Position numbers and translations under genes: made by a program. A DNA stretch of 54,827 bases, from IMG/VR virus record IMGVR_UViG_3300032282_002669, positions 1-54,827 of that record, one strand, 5' to 3'. Below the pieces are notes generated by a model. The model saw only the letters and a program-made list of their open reading frames with translations, was not told where the DNA came from and did not search any database. Positions 38,805 through 48,227 of this stretch are shown here, piece by piece. The DNA is from a virus. Lineage: Duplodnaviria > Caudoviricetes. Within the stretch, counting starts at the first letter, position 1; each line of letters opens with the position of its first letter.

Positions 38805-40565
38805 GTGAAGAAAGTATATTTTTTATCAGGACTTCCTAGGTCCGGTTCAACAGTCTTGGCTGCTATTCTCAGCCAACATCCAGATTTACACGCATCGTCC
38901 ACCTCAGGTCTTTTAGACATGTTGGTTGGTACACTTCGTGCTTGGGCAGATTCTATGAATACCAAAGCACAGAAAGACCAACAGGCTGCTGAAGAAGAAA
39001 TTCAACGAGTTCTTAAAAATATTTGTAATACCAAATATGCTGAGATTGATAAACCAGTTATTCTTGATAAGGCTAGAGGTTGGTCTGATGATACCAATAT
39101 GCGTACCATGGCCAAAGTTCTTGGACACAAACCAAAAATTATTGCCACAGTTCGTAAGGTAGAAGATTGTGCGGCTTCATTTGTTCGTATTGCTAAACCA
39201 AAAGATTTAGATAAGTTTTTGGTAGAAGATGAACTCATTACTCACCTCAAAGAATCATATCAAACACTAGAAAAAGGATATGCATTTGCACCAGAATGTT
39301 TCCTGATTGTTGACTATGATGACTTGATGAATGATCCACAAAAAGAATTGAATCGTGTACATGAGTTTCTAGAATTGCCTGCATTTGATTATAATTTAGA
39401 TGCCATCGATGGTACTAATTTACAAGAACGAGATGAAGAAGTTTGGTTAGTTCCTGGTCTACATGACGTCCAACCAAAATTAGGTTATCAACACAAACAA
39501 GATTCTAAAGATGTTCTCAAACACCGTTATTGGGAGTTTGTACAACCAAGATTTTGGTTAGGAGAAAAAGCAGCCAACAAACCCATTCATGACCTTGATA
39601 TGCAGTTAGCTGCTGGTCTAATGGGTGACTTCAAAGAAGGTTTACGATTGGCTAATAAGATTGAACAAGAAGAACCTTGGAACAATCGTGCGGCCTTCAA
39701 TCGTGGTTGGTATAAAATGTATGAAGGTAAACTTTTAGAAGGTGAACAACTATTATACCGTGGTAGACTTGAAAAGGTATTTGGTAATGAACCGCCTAGG
39801 TCACCAATGCCAATGTGGGATGGTAAATCTAAAGGTACCGTATTACTAAATTTAGAAGGCGGATTAGGCGACCAGATACACGGAGTTCGTTACGCAAGAG
39901 ATATTGCAAAGATTGCTGGTGAAGTGATTGTGGCGTGTTCTGGTTCGTTGGCGACCTTGTTCCGTGATATGAAAGGTGTCGTTGCTGTATGTCAAACCGA
40001 TGCCACATATGGTATTGTTCATGACTATTGGGCACCATCCATGTCTACCATTCAGATTCTTGGATACGAGTATAAGGATATCTCAGGTAAACCTTATATA
40101 AATAAACCACTAGTAGAACCACACAAAGGTCTGAGAATTGGTTTAAGGTGGCAAGGCAATCCACAGTTTGAACATGAACAACACAGATTGTTTCCAGCCG
40201 CCAACTTATTTGATGCCTTGGATGGTGTAGATGCAGAATTCATTTCTCTACAAAGAGATGAAGGTTCTCAATACAAACCTTATTGGGTAAAAGATGTACC
40301 ATTAGGTCATTGGGAAGAAACAAGAATGGCTTTGGCCAGTTGTGATTTAGTTATCACATCTTGTACCTCTGTGGCACACCTTTCAGGATCTTTAGGAATT
40401 CCTACTTGGATTGTGGTACCAGTTTTACCTTATTATCTGTGGGCTCCTCCAGGAAACACCACAGTTTGGTATGATTCTGTGAAGTTGTATAGACAAGAAG
40501 TATTTGGGGATTGGTCTGCTCCATTTAATCAGATTAAAAACGATTTACAAAATTTTAAAAAGTAA
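38805..40565 (+). CDS. Sulfotransferase fused to TPR-like and GT-B (GT9-like) glycosyltransferase domains
   Basis: FLSGLPRSGSTVL (PAPS-binding loop); EGGLGDQI, IGLRWQGNP, FISLQ, DLVITSCTSVAHLSGSLGIPTW (GT9/TPR-GT type). GTG at 38805 after GAAAGG is preferred to TTG at 38790. Confidence 0.8.
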   Translation: MKKVYFLSGLPRSGSTVLAAILSQHPDLHASSTSGLLDMLVGTLRAWADSMNTKAQKDQQAAEEEIQRVLKNICNTKYAEIDKPVILDKARGWSDDTNMRTMAKVLGHKPKIIATVRKVEDCAASFVRIAKPKDLDKFLVEDELITHLKESYQTLEKGYAFAPECFLIVDYDDLMNDPQKELNRVHEFLELPAFDYNLDAIDGTNLQERDEEVWLVPGLHDVQPKLGYQHKQDSKDVLKHRYWEFVQPRFWLGEKAANKPIHDLDMQLAAGLMGDFKEGLRLANKIEQEEPWNNRAAFNRGWYKMYEGKLLEGEQLLYRGRLEKVFGNEPPRSPMPMWDGKSKGTVLLNLEGGLGDQIHGVRYARDIAKIAGEVIVACSGSLATLFRDMKGVVAVCQTDATYGIVHDYWAPSMSTIQILGYEYKDISGKPYINKPLVEPHKGLRIGLRWQGNPQFEHEQHRLFPAANLFDALDGVDAEFISLQRDEGSQYKPYWVKDVPLGHWEETRMALASCDLVITSCTSVAHLSGSLGIPTWIVVPVLPYYLWAPPGNTTVWYDSVKLYRQEVFGDWSAPFNQIKNDLQNFKK

Positions 40566-40577
40566 TAGGAGATAGTA

Positions 40578-40997
40578 ATGCCGACAAAAACAGGATACAA
40601 TGTTCGAGTTCAAGATGGTAAAGTAACTGATGTTTGGGACACCCCAGCACCAGAAGGTCAAAGTGGTTGGACAGCAGCAGTTGAAGTTACACCAGACCTT
40701 ACACCTAACCGTGAAATTCTAACAACACATTCAATCGATATCACCAAGAATCCAATTGAGATTGTTTGGGAAAAGAGAAGTTTGTCTGTTGACGAGCGTA
40801 AAGATTCATTGATTGGTCAAGCTAACTTTGCCGTAACAATGTTAGAAAACCAATTAGAAATGGCAACTCAAATGAATAACACAGATAGAATTGCCGAATT
40901 GACAGCACAAATTGCTGAAGCAACTCCAGTCCGTGATGCTAAAGTTACAGCCGTTACTGCTGCTACTACACATGAAGAAGTTGACGCTTTGATGTAA
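40578..40997 (+). CDS. Hypothetical protein, possible tail-fibre assembly chaperone
   Basis: Strong SD (AGGAG); beta-rich N-half and helical C-half ending AATTHEEVDAL, reminiscent of Tfa-type proteins. Confidence 0.5.
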   Translation: MPTKTGYNVRVQDGKVTDVWDTPAPEGQSGWTAAVEVTPDLTPNREILTTHSIDITKNPIEIVWEKRSLSVDERKDSLIGQANFAVTMLENQLEMATQMNNTDRIAELTAQIAEATPVRDAKVTAVTAATTHEEVDALM

Positions 40998-41024
40998 TTT
41001 TGTTTTTCATTATGAAAGTTTGAT

Positions 41025-41744
41025 ATGAATTCTTTGTTTTGTTCTTATAATATGGATGTAGATAAGGCCTACATCATTCGGGTTAAAGATAATAAAAAAT
41101 CTGAAGATGTAGCCTTACGATGTGCTGACTCATGTAAAGAAGTAGGAATGCCTTTTGAGTATTGGGATGCTTACGATGGTTACTCACATCGTATCAAAGA
41201 GCCTGAACATTCCAAAAATAGTTCTGTAATGAAAATGATTAAAGTTACAGACCATTATATGACCAGAGGTGAGGTTGCTTGTGCATTATCTCACGTTTCA
41301 TTGTGGGCCAAATGTGTTGAACAAGATCAACCATTGGTAATCTTAGAGCATGATGCAGTAATGGTACAACCATATCTTAAACACGCAGTATTCAATTCAA
41401 TCGCATATCTAGGTAATAACGAACAGGTCAACATGGGTTGGCCAGTTCTACCAACACCTACACATGCTTCAGAAGGTCCAAACTATCATTTTATTTGTAG
41501 AGCTCATGCGTATGCAATTGATCCTGCCGTGGCAAAAAATATGATTGCTCATGTGATTAAGTTTGGTCTTACCGCACCATTAGATATTATTGTTCGTGCT
41601 GACATATTTCCAATTCATCAGATAGGTGTTTATGCATATGATGTTAAAGAAACTGATGAAGATACTGGTGAGTTAAGAACCACCATACTTGGTCGACCTT
41701 TGAGTGGCAGAACAACTGAACGTAATGATAGGTTAGAGAAATGA
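41025..41744 (+). CDS. Glycosyltransferase family 25
   Basis: KAYII; WDAYDG; GEVACALSHVSLW; LVILEHDA; AHAYAI; PLD. Confidence 0.82.
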   Translation: MNSLFCSYNMDVDKAYIIRVKDNKKSEDVALRCADSCKEVGMPFEYWDAYDGYSHRIKEPEHSKNSSVMKMIKVTDHYMTRGEVACALSHVSLWAKCVEQDQPLVILEHDAVMVQPYLKHAVFNSIAYLGNNEQVNMGWPVLPTPTHASEGPNYHFICRAHAYAIDPAVAKNMIAHVIKFGLTAPLDIIVRADIFPIHQIGVYAYDVKETDEDTGELRTTILGRPLSGRTTERNDRLEK

Positions 41745-42340
41745 AATATACTGTAATGTTTCATGAGTTTACTCAAAGAAGTATACAACAATTAATTGGC
41801 ATGTATGGTCCACCAAAAACAGTAATTGAGATTGGTTGTTTTGAAGGACACACCACATTTGGTTTAACTGAAATGATGGTACAATCTAATCCTAAGTACA
41901 AACATTACGCAATTGATCCGTATGATATGTCGAATGATTTACCATTAGATGTATTAAATGAAGCAGGTCAATTGTTCATGTCCAACTTGGAAGAATTTAA
42001 ATACAAAGATAATGTGGAGTTTATTCACGACACATCTTGGAATGGATTATTAAAACTTTTACATCGTGGTGTCAAAGCTGACCTTATCTATATTGATGGT
42101 GACCATAGAGCAGAAACAGTACTAGAAGATTTGGTTCTGAGTTTTAATTTGATTGATGTTGGTGGTGTTATTCTCTGTGATGATAGTGTATCATGGAAAC
42201 ACCAAGATTCTGAAAAACGATACAACCTACAATCTTCACCAAAATTAGCCGTTGATAATTTTATCCAATGTAATTGGGATAAAGTGGAAGTATTGACACT
42301 CAACAACGGTTATCAAACCGCATTTAGAAAAATCAAATGA
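41741..42340 (+). CDS. Class I SAM-dependent methyltransferase (Methyltransf_24 type)
   Basis: IEIGCFEG; AIDP; DLIYIDGDH; GGVILCDD. Confidence 0.85.
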   Translation: MKYTVMFHEFTQRSIQQLIGMYGPPKTVIEIGCFEGHTTFGLTEMMVQSNPKYKHYAIDPYDMSNDLPLDVLNEAGQLFMSNLEEFKYKDNVEFIHDTSWNGLLKLLHRGVKADLIYIDGDHRAETVLEDLVLSFNLIDVGGVILCDDSVSWKHQDSEKRYNLQSSPKLAVDNFIQCNWDKVEVLTLNNGYQTAFRKIK

Positions 42341-43170
42341 TTCATGTTGTATTGAGGACCTGTAATAGAACATCATTACAGTCGGATAGGATTGTCAATA
42401 AATCGGAATGTATTCTGAGGTGTTTAAATTCCATTATCAATAATCTTAAAAATATACCAGAAAAAACATTACATATTGTTGATGATAATTCTTCTATTGA
42501 TTTTCAAGATATATTAAAAGAACTTATTCGTCCACATGAATTTGTAACTATTGATTTTTTACCACATAGAAACCAAGAAGGCTTAACTGCCAAGAAAAAA
42601 TCTCGTTACTCGGTTGAAGTGGCATATAATTACATCTACAAATTACCAGATGATGATTTGGTGTATGTTGTAGAAGATGATTACTTACATTTCCCCGGTG
42701 CCATTGGAGAAATGATTGATTCTTGGACTTATCTTTCTAAGATTACTGGTTTAGAAATAGGTATTTTTCCACAAGACTTCAATCAGTTATATTATCATCC
42801 AAAAAATCCACACAATGATACTTATTTTAGGCCTTGTCTTGTTGTTCCTACAACACATAGATACTATAGAAGTACTTGGTTTACACAAGAATCCTTTATG
42901 GTTCAATCAAAGATATTTAAGAAGTATAAAGAACAGTTTGATTCTTTATTAACTATTGGAGATGAAGAACATAATTGGGAAGGCAACACCATCTCAAATG
43001 TTTGGAATAAACCACAATTTAAAATGTTTATGCCAATAGGTTCTTTAGTGGTACATATGTCAAACAAAATGGACATTCCATTCTTTGTAACAAAGGAAGA
43101 TGTAATCAATTTATGGAAACAAAACGAAACATACTGGTCGTTGGAACGGGATTCTCAGGTTCAGTTATAG
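42337..43170 (+). CDS. GT-A fold (family 2-like) glycosyltransferase
   Basis: RCLNSI; HIVDDNSS; VYVVEDDYLH. Confidence 0.7.
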   Translation: MIHVVLRTCNRTSLQSDRIVNKSECILRCLNSIINNLKNIPEKTLHIVDDNSSIDFQDILKELIRPHEFVTIDFLPHRNQEGLTAKKKSRYSVEVAYNYIYKLPDDDLVYVVEDDYLHFPGAIGEMIDSWTYLSKITGLEIGIFPQDFNQLYYHPKNPHNDTYFRPCLVVPTTHRYYRSTWFTQESFMVQSKIFKKYKEQFDSLLTIGDEEHNWEGNTISNVWNKPQFKMFMPIGSLVVHMSNKMDIPFFVTKEDVINLWKQNETYWSLERDSQVQL

Positions 43171-44114
43171 CCAGAGAACTGGCAAATAAAGGTTACAATA
43201 TTACCATAATTGACCAGAGGCGCCATATTGGCGGCAACTGTTATGATGAGATGGTTGATGGTGTTCTAGTTCATCGCTACGGTCCGCACATCCTACACAC
43301 AAACAACAGTAAAGTATTTGAATGGCTGTCCCAATACACCGAATGGATTCCATACCAACACAAAGTCAAAGCATACCATCAAGGACAATTTTTAACTTTA
43401 CCACCCAACCTAGAAACACAAAAAATTCTTGGTGATAAATTATTTGAAACTGTCTATGCACCTTATACTAAAAAGATGTGGGGCTTGCCATCCGAAAAAA
43501 TAGATGATACCATATTGAATCGTGTTAAAGTAAGAAATGACTTAAACGAACTATATTTTCCAAATGACAAGTATCAATATTTACCTAAAGGTGGATACAA
43601 AAAACTCTTTGATAACATATTGAATCATGAGAATATTAAAGTGTTATTAAATACCAAGTTTAAAAAAAAGATAGAAAAAGATTATGATTTTGTTTTTAAC
43701 TCTATGGCTATTGATGAGTATTATGATTATTGTTATGGAGAACTACCTTACAGGTCTATTAAGTTTCACTCTACCAAGATATCATATTTTAATATGCCAA
43801 CACCAGTAGTTAATTTTACTGACGATGGACCATATACTCGCATTACAAAATGGTCTTTATTTCCTGAACATGGTGCAGGTGAAAGATATACATTAGAAGA
43901 GCCTTGTGACTATAAAAACAATAATATGGAACGGTATTATCCAGTTAAAGATTCTGATGGTTTTAACAGAGAGATATATAATAAGTATAAGGACATAAAA
44001 AACGATAAGGTCCAGTTTATTGGTAGGTGTGGTCTATATGTCTATATTGATATGGATATGGCAATTAGTTCATCATTAGCAACAGTTGATAATTTTATTA
44101 AGGAACAAATATGA
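43113..44114 (+). CDS. glf: UDP-galactopyranose mutase
   Basis: VVGTGFSGSVIA; HIGGNCYD; VHRYGPHILHT; YTKKMWG; GELPYRS; YTRI; YYPV; FIGRCGLYVYIDMD. Confidence 0.93.
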   Translation: METKRNILVVGTGFSGSVIARELANKGYNITIIDQRRHIGGNCYDEMVDGVLVHRYGPHILHTNNSKVFEWLSQYTEWIPYQHKVKAYHQGQFLTLPPNLETQKILGDKLFETVYAPYTKKMWGLPSEKIDDTILNRVKVRNDLNELYFPNDKYQYLPKGGYKKLFDNILNHENIKVLLNTKFKKKIEKDYDFVFNSMAIDEYYDYCYGELPYRSIKFHSTKISYFNMPTPVVNFTDDGPYTRITKWSLFPEHGAGERYTLEEPCDYKNNNMERYYPVKDSDGFNREIYNKYKDIKNDKVQFIGRCGLYVYIDMDMAISSSLATVDNFIKEQI

Positions 44115-44971
44115 AAAAGATTTTAATCATGGGTTTACCTGGTGCCGGAAAAACATTCTTGGCCGAAGCTCTCAAAAAATATTTAGAAGATAATGGTGAT
44201 ATTGAAAAGGTTAATCCATCCAGAATCTTAATGAAAGAAGCCCTCTATATTGACGAGGACGAATTTAAAATTAAAGTGAATTGGTTTAATGCCGATGAAG
44301 TTCGTAAAAAATATAATGATTGGGACTTTAGTGATACTGGTCGTATTCGTCAATCATTAAGAATGGCACAATTTGCTTTAGAATCTAATGGTGATTTTGT
44401 TATCTGTGATTTTGTGGCACCATTGGTAGAAATGCGTAACAACTTTAAAGCTGACTGGACTATTTGGGTTGACACAATTAAAGAAGGTCGTTATTCAGAT
44501 ACTAACAAAGCTTTCATTGAACCTGAAGTATATGATTTCCGTGTTACAGAACAAAATGCGGTCAAATGGGCTAAGTTTATTGGCGACCACATTTTAGAAA
44601 ATCGTAGACGTCCTAGATTCGATTGGCAAAAAGAAACCACTCAAATGTTGGGTAGATGGCAGCCATGGCATGATGGCCATCGTGCATTGTTTGAAAGAGC
44701 TTTGGCAAAAACAGGTCAAGTAATTATTCAAATTCGTGATTGCCAAGGATGGCAAGGTTCTAATCCTTTTGCCATCGAACAAGTCAAAAAATATATTCGT
44801 AGAGATTTAGATCCTTTGTTTCAAGGCCAATATGAGATCCAAGTGGTACCAAACATTGTAAACATTACTTATGGTCGTGATGTGGGTTATAAAATTGAAC
44901 AAGAAACCTTTGATGATAAAACTCATGCAATCTCCGCTACAAAGATTCGTAAAGAATTAGGCATTAAATAA
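44111..44971 (+). CDS. Adenylylsulfate (APS) kinase-like P-loop domain fused to HxGH nucleotidyltransferase
   Basis: GLPGAGKT; NADEVR...DFS..GR; CDFVAP; then MLGRWQPWHDGH and ISATKIR. Confidence 0.75.
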   Translation: MKKILIMGLPGAGKTFLAEALKKYLEDNGDIEKVNPSRILMKEALYIDEDEFKIKVNWFNADEVRKKYNDWDFSDTGRIRQSLRMAQFALESNGDFVICDFVAPLVEMRNNFKADWTIWVDTIKEGRYSDTNKAFIEPEVYDFRVTEQNAVKWAKFIGDHILENRRRPRFDWQKETTQMLGRWQPWHDGHRALFERALAKTGQVIIQIRDCQGWQGSNPFAIEQVKKYIRRDLDPLFQGQYEIQVVPNIVNITYGRDVGYKIEQETFDDKTHAISATKIRKELGIK

Positions 44972-45017
44972 TATTGTTGGATAGCAACTAAATACCAGTT
45001 TAAACTGAACTAGAATT

Positions 45018-45650
45018 ATGGCTATCCAACAACTTCCATTAAATGGTCAAACAAAAATAATTAACGGCGTTAGTTATGTGTATACTGCCGCCAATAATAG
45101 TTGGACAGTAGGAACCACCGTTCCACCATCCACAGATATTGTTTATTCTGATAGTCTTTATATTAGTAGTAACAATGGTATTACCTTTTCAGATGGCACC
45201 AAACAAACCACGGCTACAGCTTTGGATGTTTGGCTTAGAGGTTATGCAAATGCATCTTTTAGTAAAGCCAATTCCGCAAACATATTGGCTCAAGCGGCAT
45301 ATACGCAAGCTAACACAGGAACTACATTAGCACAAGCAGCATTTAATGTGGCCAACAATGTTAGTGGTGGTACTGCACAAGATGGATTTGCCAGAATTGT
45401 GGCCAATACGGCTTCGGCCAATACCATTTATACACAAGGTGTTGATACTACACAAAACACTAGAATAACTATTATTGAAGGTATTAACACCACACAGAAT
45501 ACCAATATAACAATTATTCAAGGTGTAGATAATACACAAAATACAAATATCACTATTGCCAATAATGCAGCTCAAGCTGCTTTTGCACAAGCCAACAATA
45601 GTGCGACAACAGGAAAAGCTATTGCTATGGCAATGGTATTTGGAGGATAA
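45018..45650 (+). CDS. Short fibre protein ending in TTGKAIAMAMVFGG
   Basis: NGVSYVY...W N-terminus; ITFSDGTKQTTA; QNT heptad repeats. Confidence 0.7.
   Translation: MAIQQLPLNGQTKIINGVSYVYTAANNSWTVGTTVPPSTDIVYSDSLYISSNNGITFSDGTKQTTATALDVWLRGYANASFSKANSANILAQAAYTQANTGTTLAQAAFNVANNVSGGTAQDGFARIVANTASANTIYTQGVDTTQNTRITIIEGINTTQNTNITIIQGVDNTQNTNITIANNAAQAAFAQANNSATTGKAIAMAMVFGG
45351..45446 (+). repeat. 96-bp dispersed repeat shared with 50671-50766
   Basis: 93 of 96 positions identical by manual alignment (ANNVSGGTAQDGFARIVANTAxANTIYTQGVD). Confidence 0.85.
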
Positions 45651-45653
45651 AAA

Positions 45654-46028
45654 ATGGCAGCACCAAACATTGTAGCCGTAACATCAATTAATGGAAAATC
45701 GGCACTTTCTAGGCCAGCAAATACAAACACTTTTAGCATATTAACCAATACTGCAAGTTCTGGTCGTGTATACAAAATTAATACTATTGTATGTTCAAAC
45801 CATAACGGCACATTAACTACAGCTGCCAATGTTTATATAAATGATTCTGCAAACGGAGCAGGTAATAATATTGCATTAATTTATAATGTTTCAATACCTG
45901 CAACAGTTTCATTAATTGTTGTTGATAAATCCACATCATTTTATTTGGAAGAAAATAAATCTATAACAGTTTCTTCCGCAACCTCCAATGCAATATCTTT
46001 TACCGTAAGTTATGAAGATATTAGTTAA
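45654..46028 (+). CDS. Small beta-rich virion adaptor (MAAPNIV family)
   Basis: MAAPNIVAVTSINGK...VYKINTI...VDKSTSFYLEE...SYEDIS; SD GGAGG. Confidence 0.7.
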   Translation: MAAPNIVAVTSINGKSALSRPANTNTFSILTNTASSGRVYKINTIVCSNHNGTLTTAANVYINDSANGAGNNIALIYNVSIPATVSLIVVDKSTSFYLEENKSITVSSATSNAISFTVSYEDIS

Positions 46029-46030
46029 CC

Positions 46031-47410
46031 ATGAGTAATAGAAATTTTGGTGGTTTTATTACCACCGGTACCGTTTCAGCCAATTCTACATACGCTTCTG
46101 GTGTTTGGTCACTTTCTCAATATCTATATCAAAAATCCAATGGTTCGTGGCCAGGATCTCAATATTATTCTTTGTTTTCTGGTAATGCAACTTCTGTTAA
46201 TGAAAGTTCAAACACCACCTTTTATGCAAACACCATTAATATACCCAATAATACAACTGCATATTGGACAATAGAACACATTACAACCAGTGCAAATGAT
46301 TTTGTTGAAACTTCCAATTCTTTTGTAATTAGTAATAATACAGGTTCATTTATTGTTCGTACTGTTGGTGATTTAACAACCGAAGGATCTGAAAGCTTTC
46401 AGATAGCCATTAGGCAAGACAGTAATGTTGGCCAAATTTTAGCAACCAGTTCAATAATTACTTTAAATGATACTTCATTATCTCCATTACCAAGTATTAG
46501 TTTCTTACTTGTTGGTGCTGGCGGAAATTCATTTGGAAATTCTAATGGTAATTATTCTGGAGGCGCAGGTGGTGCAGGAGCATTTGAGGCCACAGGATTT
46601 ACAGGTTATGTTACAAGTAATACCTACACCGTTCAGATAGCTGCAGCTGGTGGCAGTTCTACTGTACTTTCTGGTACCTTTGATATATTAGGTAATACTG
46701 ACATGTATGGTACTGGTGGTGGTTATGGTGCATACAAGACTAATGCCGGAACAACTTTTGCCGGTTATAATGGTGGAGGAGGTGCAGTTTGGCCTACTTA
46801 CAACGGCAGTCGTTGGAACATGGATAGTAGTAGACAAGCTGGCGGATCAAGTGGCCAAAGTAGTGTTCAAAGTACATATAGTAGTCAATATCCTGGTGTA
46901 TTTAAAAATTATGGTGGTAATGGAGTAAATGGCCAATATTATAGTATTGAAGGATCATCAAATCTTGGTTCTTGGGCATGGGCTCATGGTGGAGGAGGAG
47001 GAGCTAGTGGCGTTGCTGCCAATACAACAGTAAATCTTGGCACAATCATTGCATATGTTGATGGTGGACCCGGCATGTCCAGCAATATTTCAGGAACACT
47101 ATCTTATTATGGTGGTGGCGGCGGTGGATATGGATATGGAGCCACCGGTGGTATTGAAAAATTTGGTGTTGGTGGATTAGGTGGAGGTGCCAATACGGCT
47201 GTTTATAATAGCACCCAAAACAATGGAGCTCCCAATACTGGAGGAGGATCAGCCGGCAGCGGACTTGGCGGAAGTGGAGTTGCTTATTTTAGATTTCCAG
47301 ATTCTCAGATATCTGCAAATACAACGGGTGGAGCAACTTCATATCTTTCTGGCACAGATTGTGTCGTTTATTTTTATTCATCCGGAACCATAAGGTTTTC
47401 TAGAAAATAA
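46031..47410 (+). CDS. Glycine-rich tail adhesin-like protein with Calx-beta/Ig-like domain
   Basis: GGFI...ASGVWSL N-terminus; SVNE...GDLTTEGSESF domain; FLLVGAGG...YYGGGGGG...NTGGG...GGSGVAYFR glycine-rich domain. Confidence 0.7.
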   Translation: MSNRNFGGFITTGTVSANSTYASGVWSLSQYLYQKSNGSWPGSQYYSLFSGNATSVNESSNTTFYANTINIPNNTTAYWTIEHITTSANDFVETSNSFVISNNTGSFIVRTVGDLTTEGSESFQIAIRQDSNVGQILATSSIITLNDTSLSPLPSISFLLVGAGGNSFGNSNGNYSGGAGGAGAFEATGFTGYVTSNTYTVQIAAAGGSSTVLSGTFDILGNTDMYGTGGGYGAYKTNAGTTFAGYNGGGGAVWPTYNGSRWNMDSSRQAGGSSGQSSVQSTYSSQYPGVFKNYGGNGVNGQYYSIEGSSNLGSWAWAHGGGGGASGVAANTTVNLGTIIAYVDGGPGMSSNISGTLSYYGGGGGGYGYGATGGIEKFGVGGLGGGANTAVYNSTQNNGAPNTGGGSAGSGLGGSGVAYFRFPDSQISANTTGGATSYLSGTDCVVYFYSSGTIRFSRK

Positions 47411-47424
47411 CAAATGGAACAAGG

Positions 47425-47432
47425 TATAAATA
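47425..47432 (+). promoter_or_regulatory. T4 late promoter TATAAATA
   Basis: Exact consensus, followed by SD AGGAG and the gp13 ATG. Confidence 0.78.
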
Positions 47433-47452
47433 CCTCAATATAGGAGATTACT

Positions 47453-48226
47453 ATGCCGGCCGTAACTAATAGAAGAACATTCAGAGATTATTGTTTAAGA
47501 AGATTGGGTTTCCCAGTCATCGAAATCAATATCGATGAGGACCAAATTGAGGACCGTATTGATGATGCGCTTCAATATTGGCAAGATTATCATTTTGATG
47601 GTCTACAAAAAGTTTATTACATTAAACAAATTGATGCAACAGATGTTACTAACAAATACTTAAATTTTGCAGAAGCCAAAGATTCAGGTAATAATGCATT
47701 AGAAATTGTTGGTGTAACCCGTGTATTTCCAATTCAAGACTCTCAGTCATCTGTTAATATGTTTGATTTGAGATATCAACTTCGTTTGAATGAATTGTAT
47801 GACTTTACTTCTGCATCATATATCAATTATACTCTGACACATCAACACTTACGTTCACTAGAACTATTATTTACTGGTGAAGTTCCTATTCGATTTCAAA
47901 GACATATGCAAAAACTGTTTATTGATTGGGGTTGGGGACATTCAGAAGCACCAGTTGGTAGTATTGTGGTTGCAGAATGTTGGGCAAATATTAATCCTAA
48001 TGTTTACAGCAAAGTATGGAATGACCGTTGGGTTAAAGAATATGCCACAGCATTAATCAAAAGAACTTGGGGAAACAATCTTAAAAAGTTTTCTGGTGTT
48101 CAATTACCTGGTGGTGTTACACTCAATGGTAAAGAAATTTTTGATGAAGCTACTATTGAAATTAAAGACCTAGAATCAGAAATGCAAGACAAGTATTCAT
48201 TACCTGTAGATTGGTACATGAACTAA
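47453..48226 (+). CDS. gp13: Neck protein (T4 gp13-like)
   Basis: YCLRRLGFPVIEINIDEDQIEDRIDDALQ...HFDG; WVKEYATALIKRTWGNNLKKFSGVQLPGGVTLNG. Confidence 0.93.
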   Translation: MPAVTNRRTFRDYCLRRLGFPVIEINIDEDQIEDRIDDALQYWQDYHFDGLQKVYYIKQIDATDVTNKYLNFAEAKDSGNNALEIVGVTRVFPIQDSQSSVNMFDLRYQLRLNELYDFTSASYINYTLTHQHLRSLELLFTGEVPIRFQRHMQKLFIDWGWGHSEAPVGSIVVAECWANINPNVYSKVWNDRWVKEYATALIKRTWGNNLKKFSGVQLPGGVTLNGKEIFDEATIEIKDLESEMQDKYSLPVDWYMN

Positions 48227-48227
48227 C

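Noticed and set aside
44996-45007. 12-bp palindrome CAGTTTAAACTG after a late-promoter variant
   Set aside because: Single occurrence in AT-rich DNA with no regulator in view; it could be chance.
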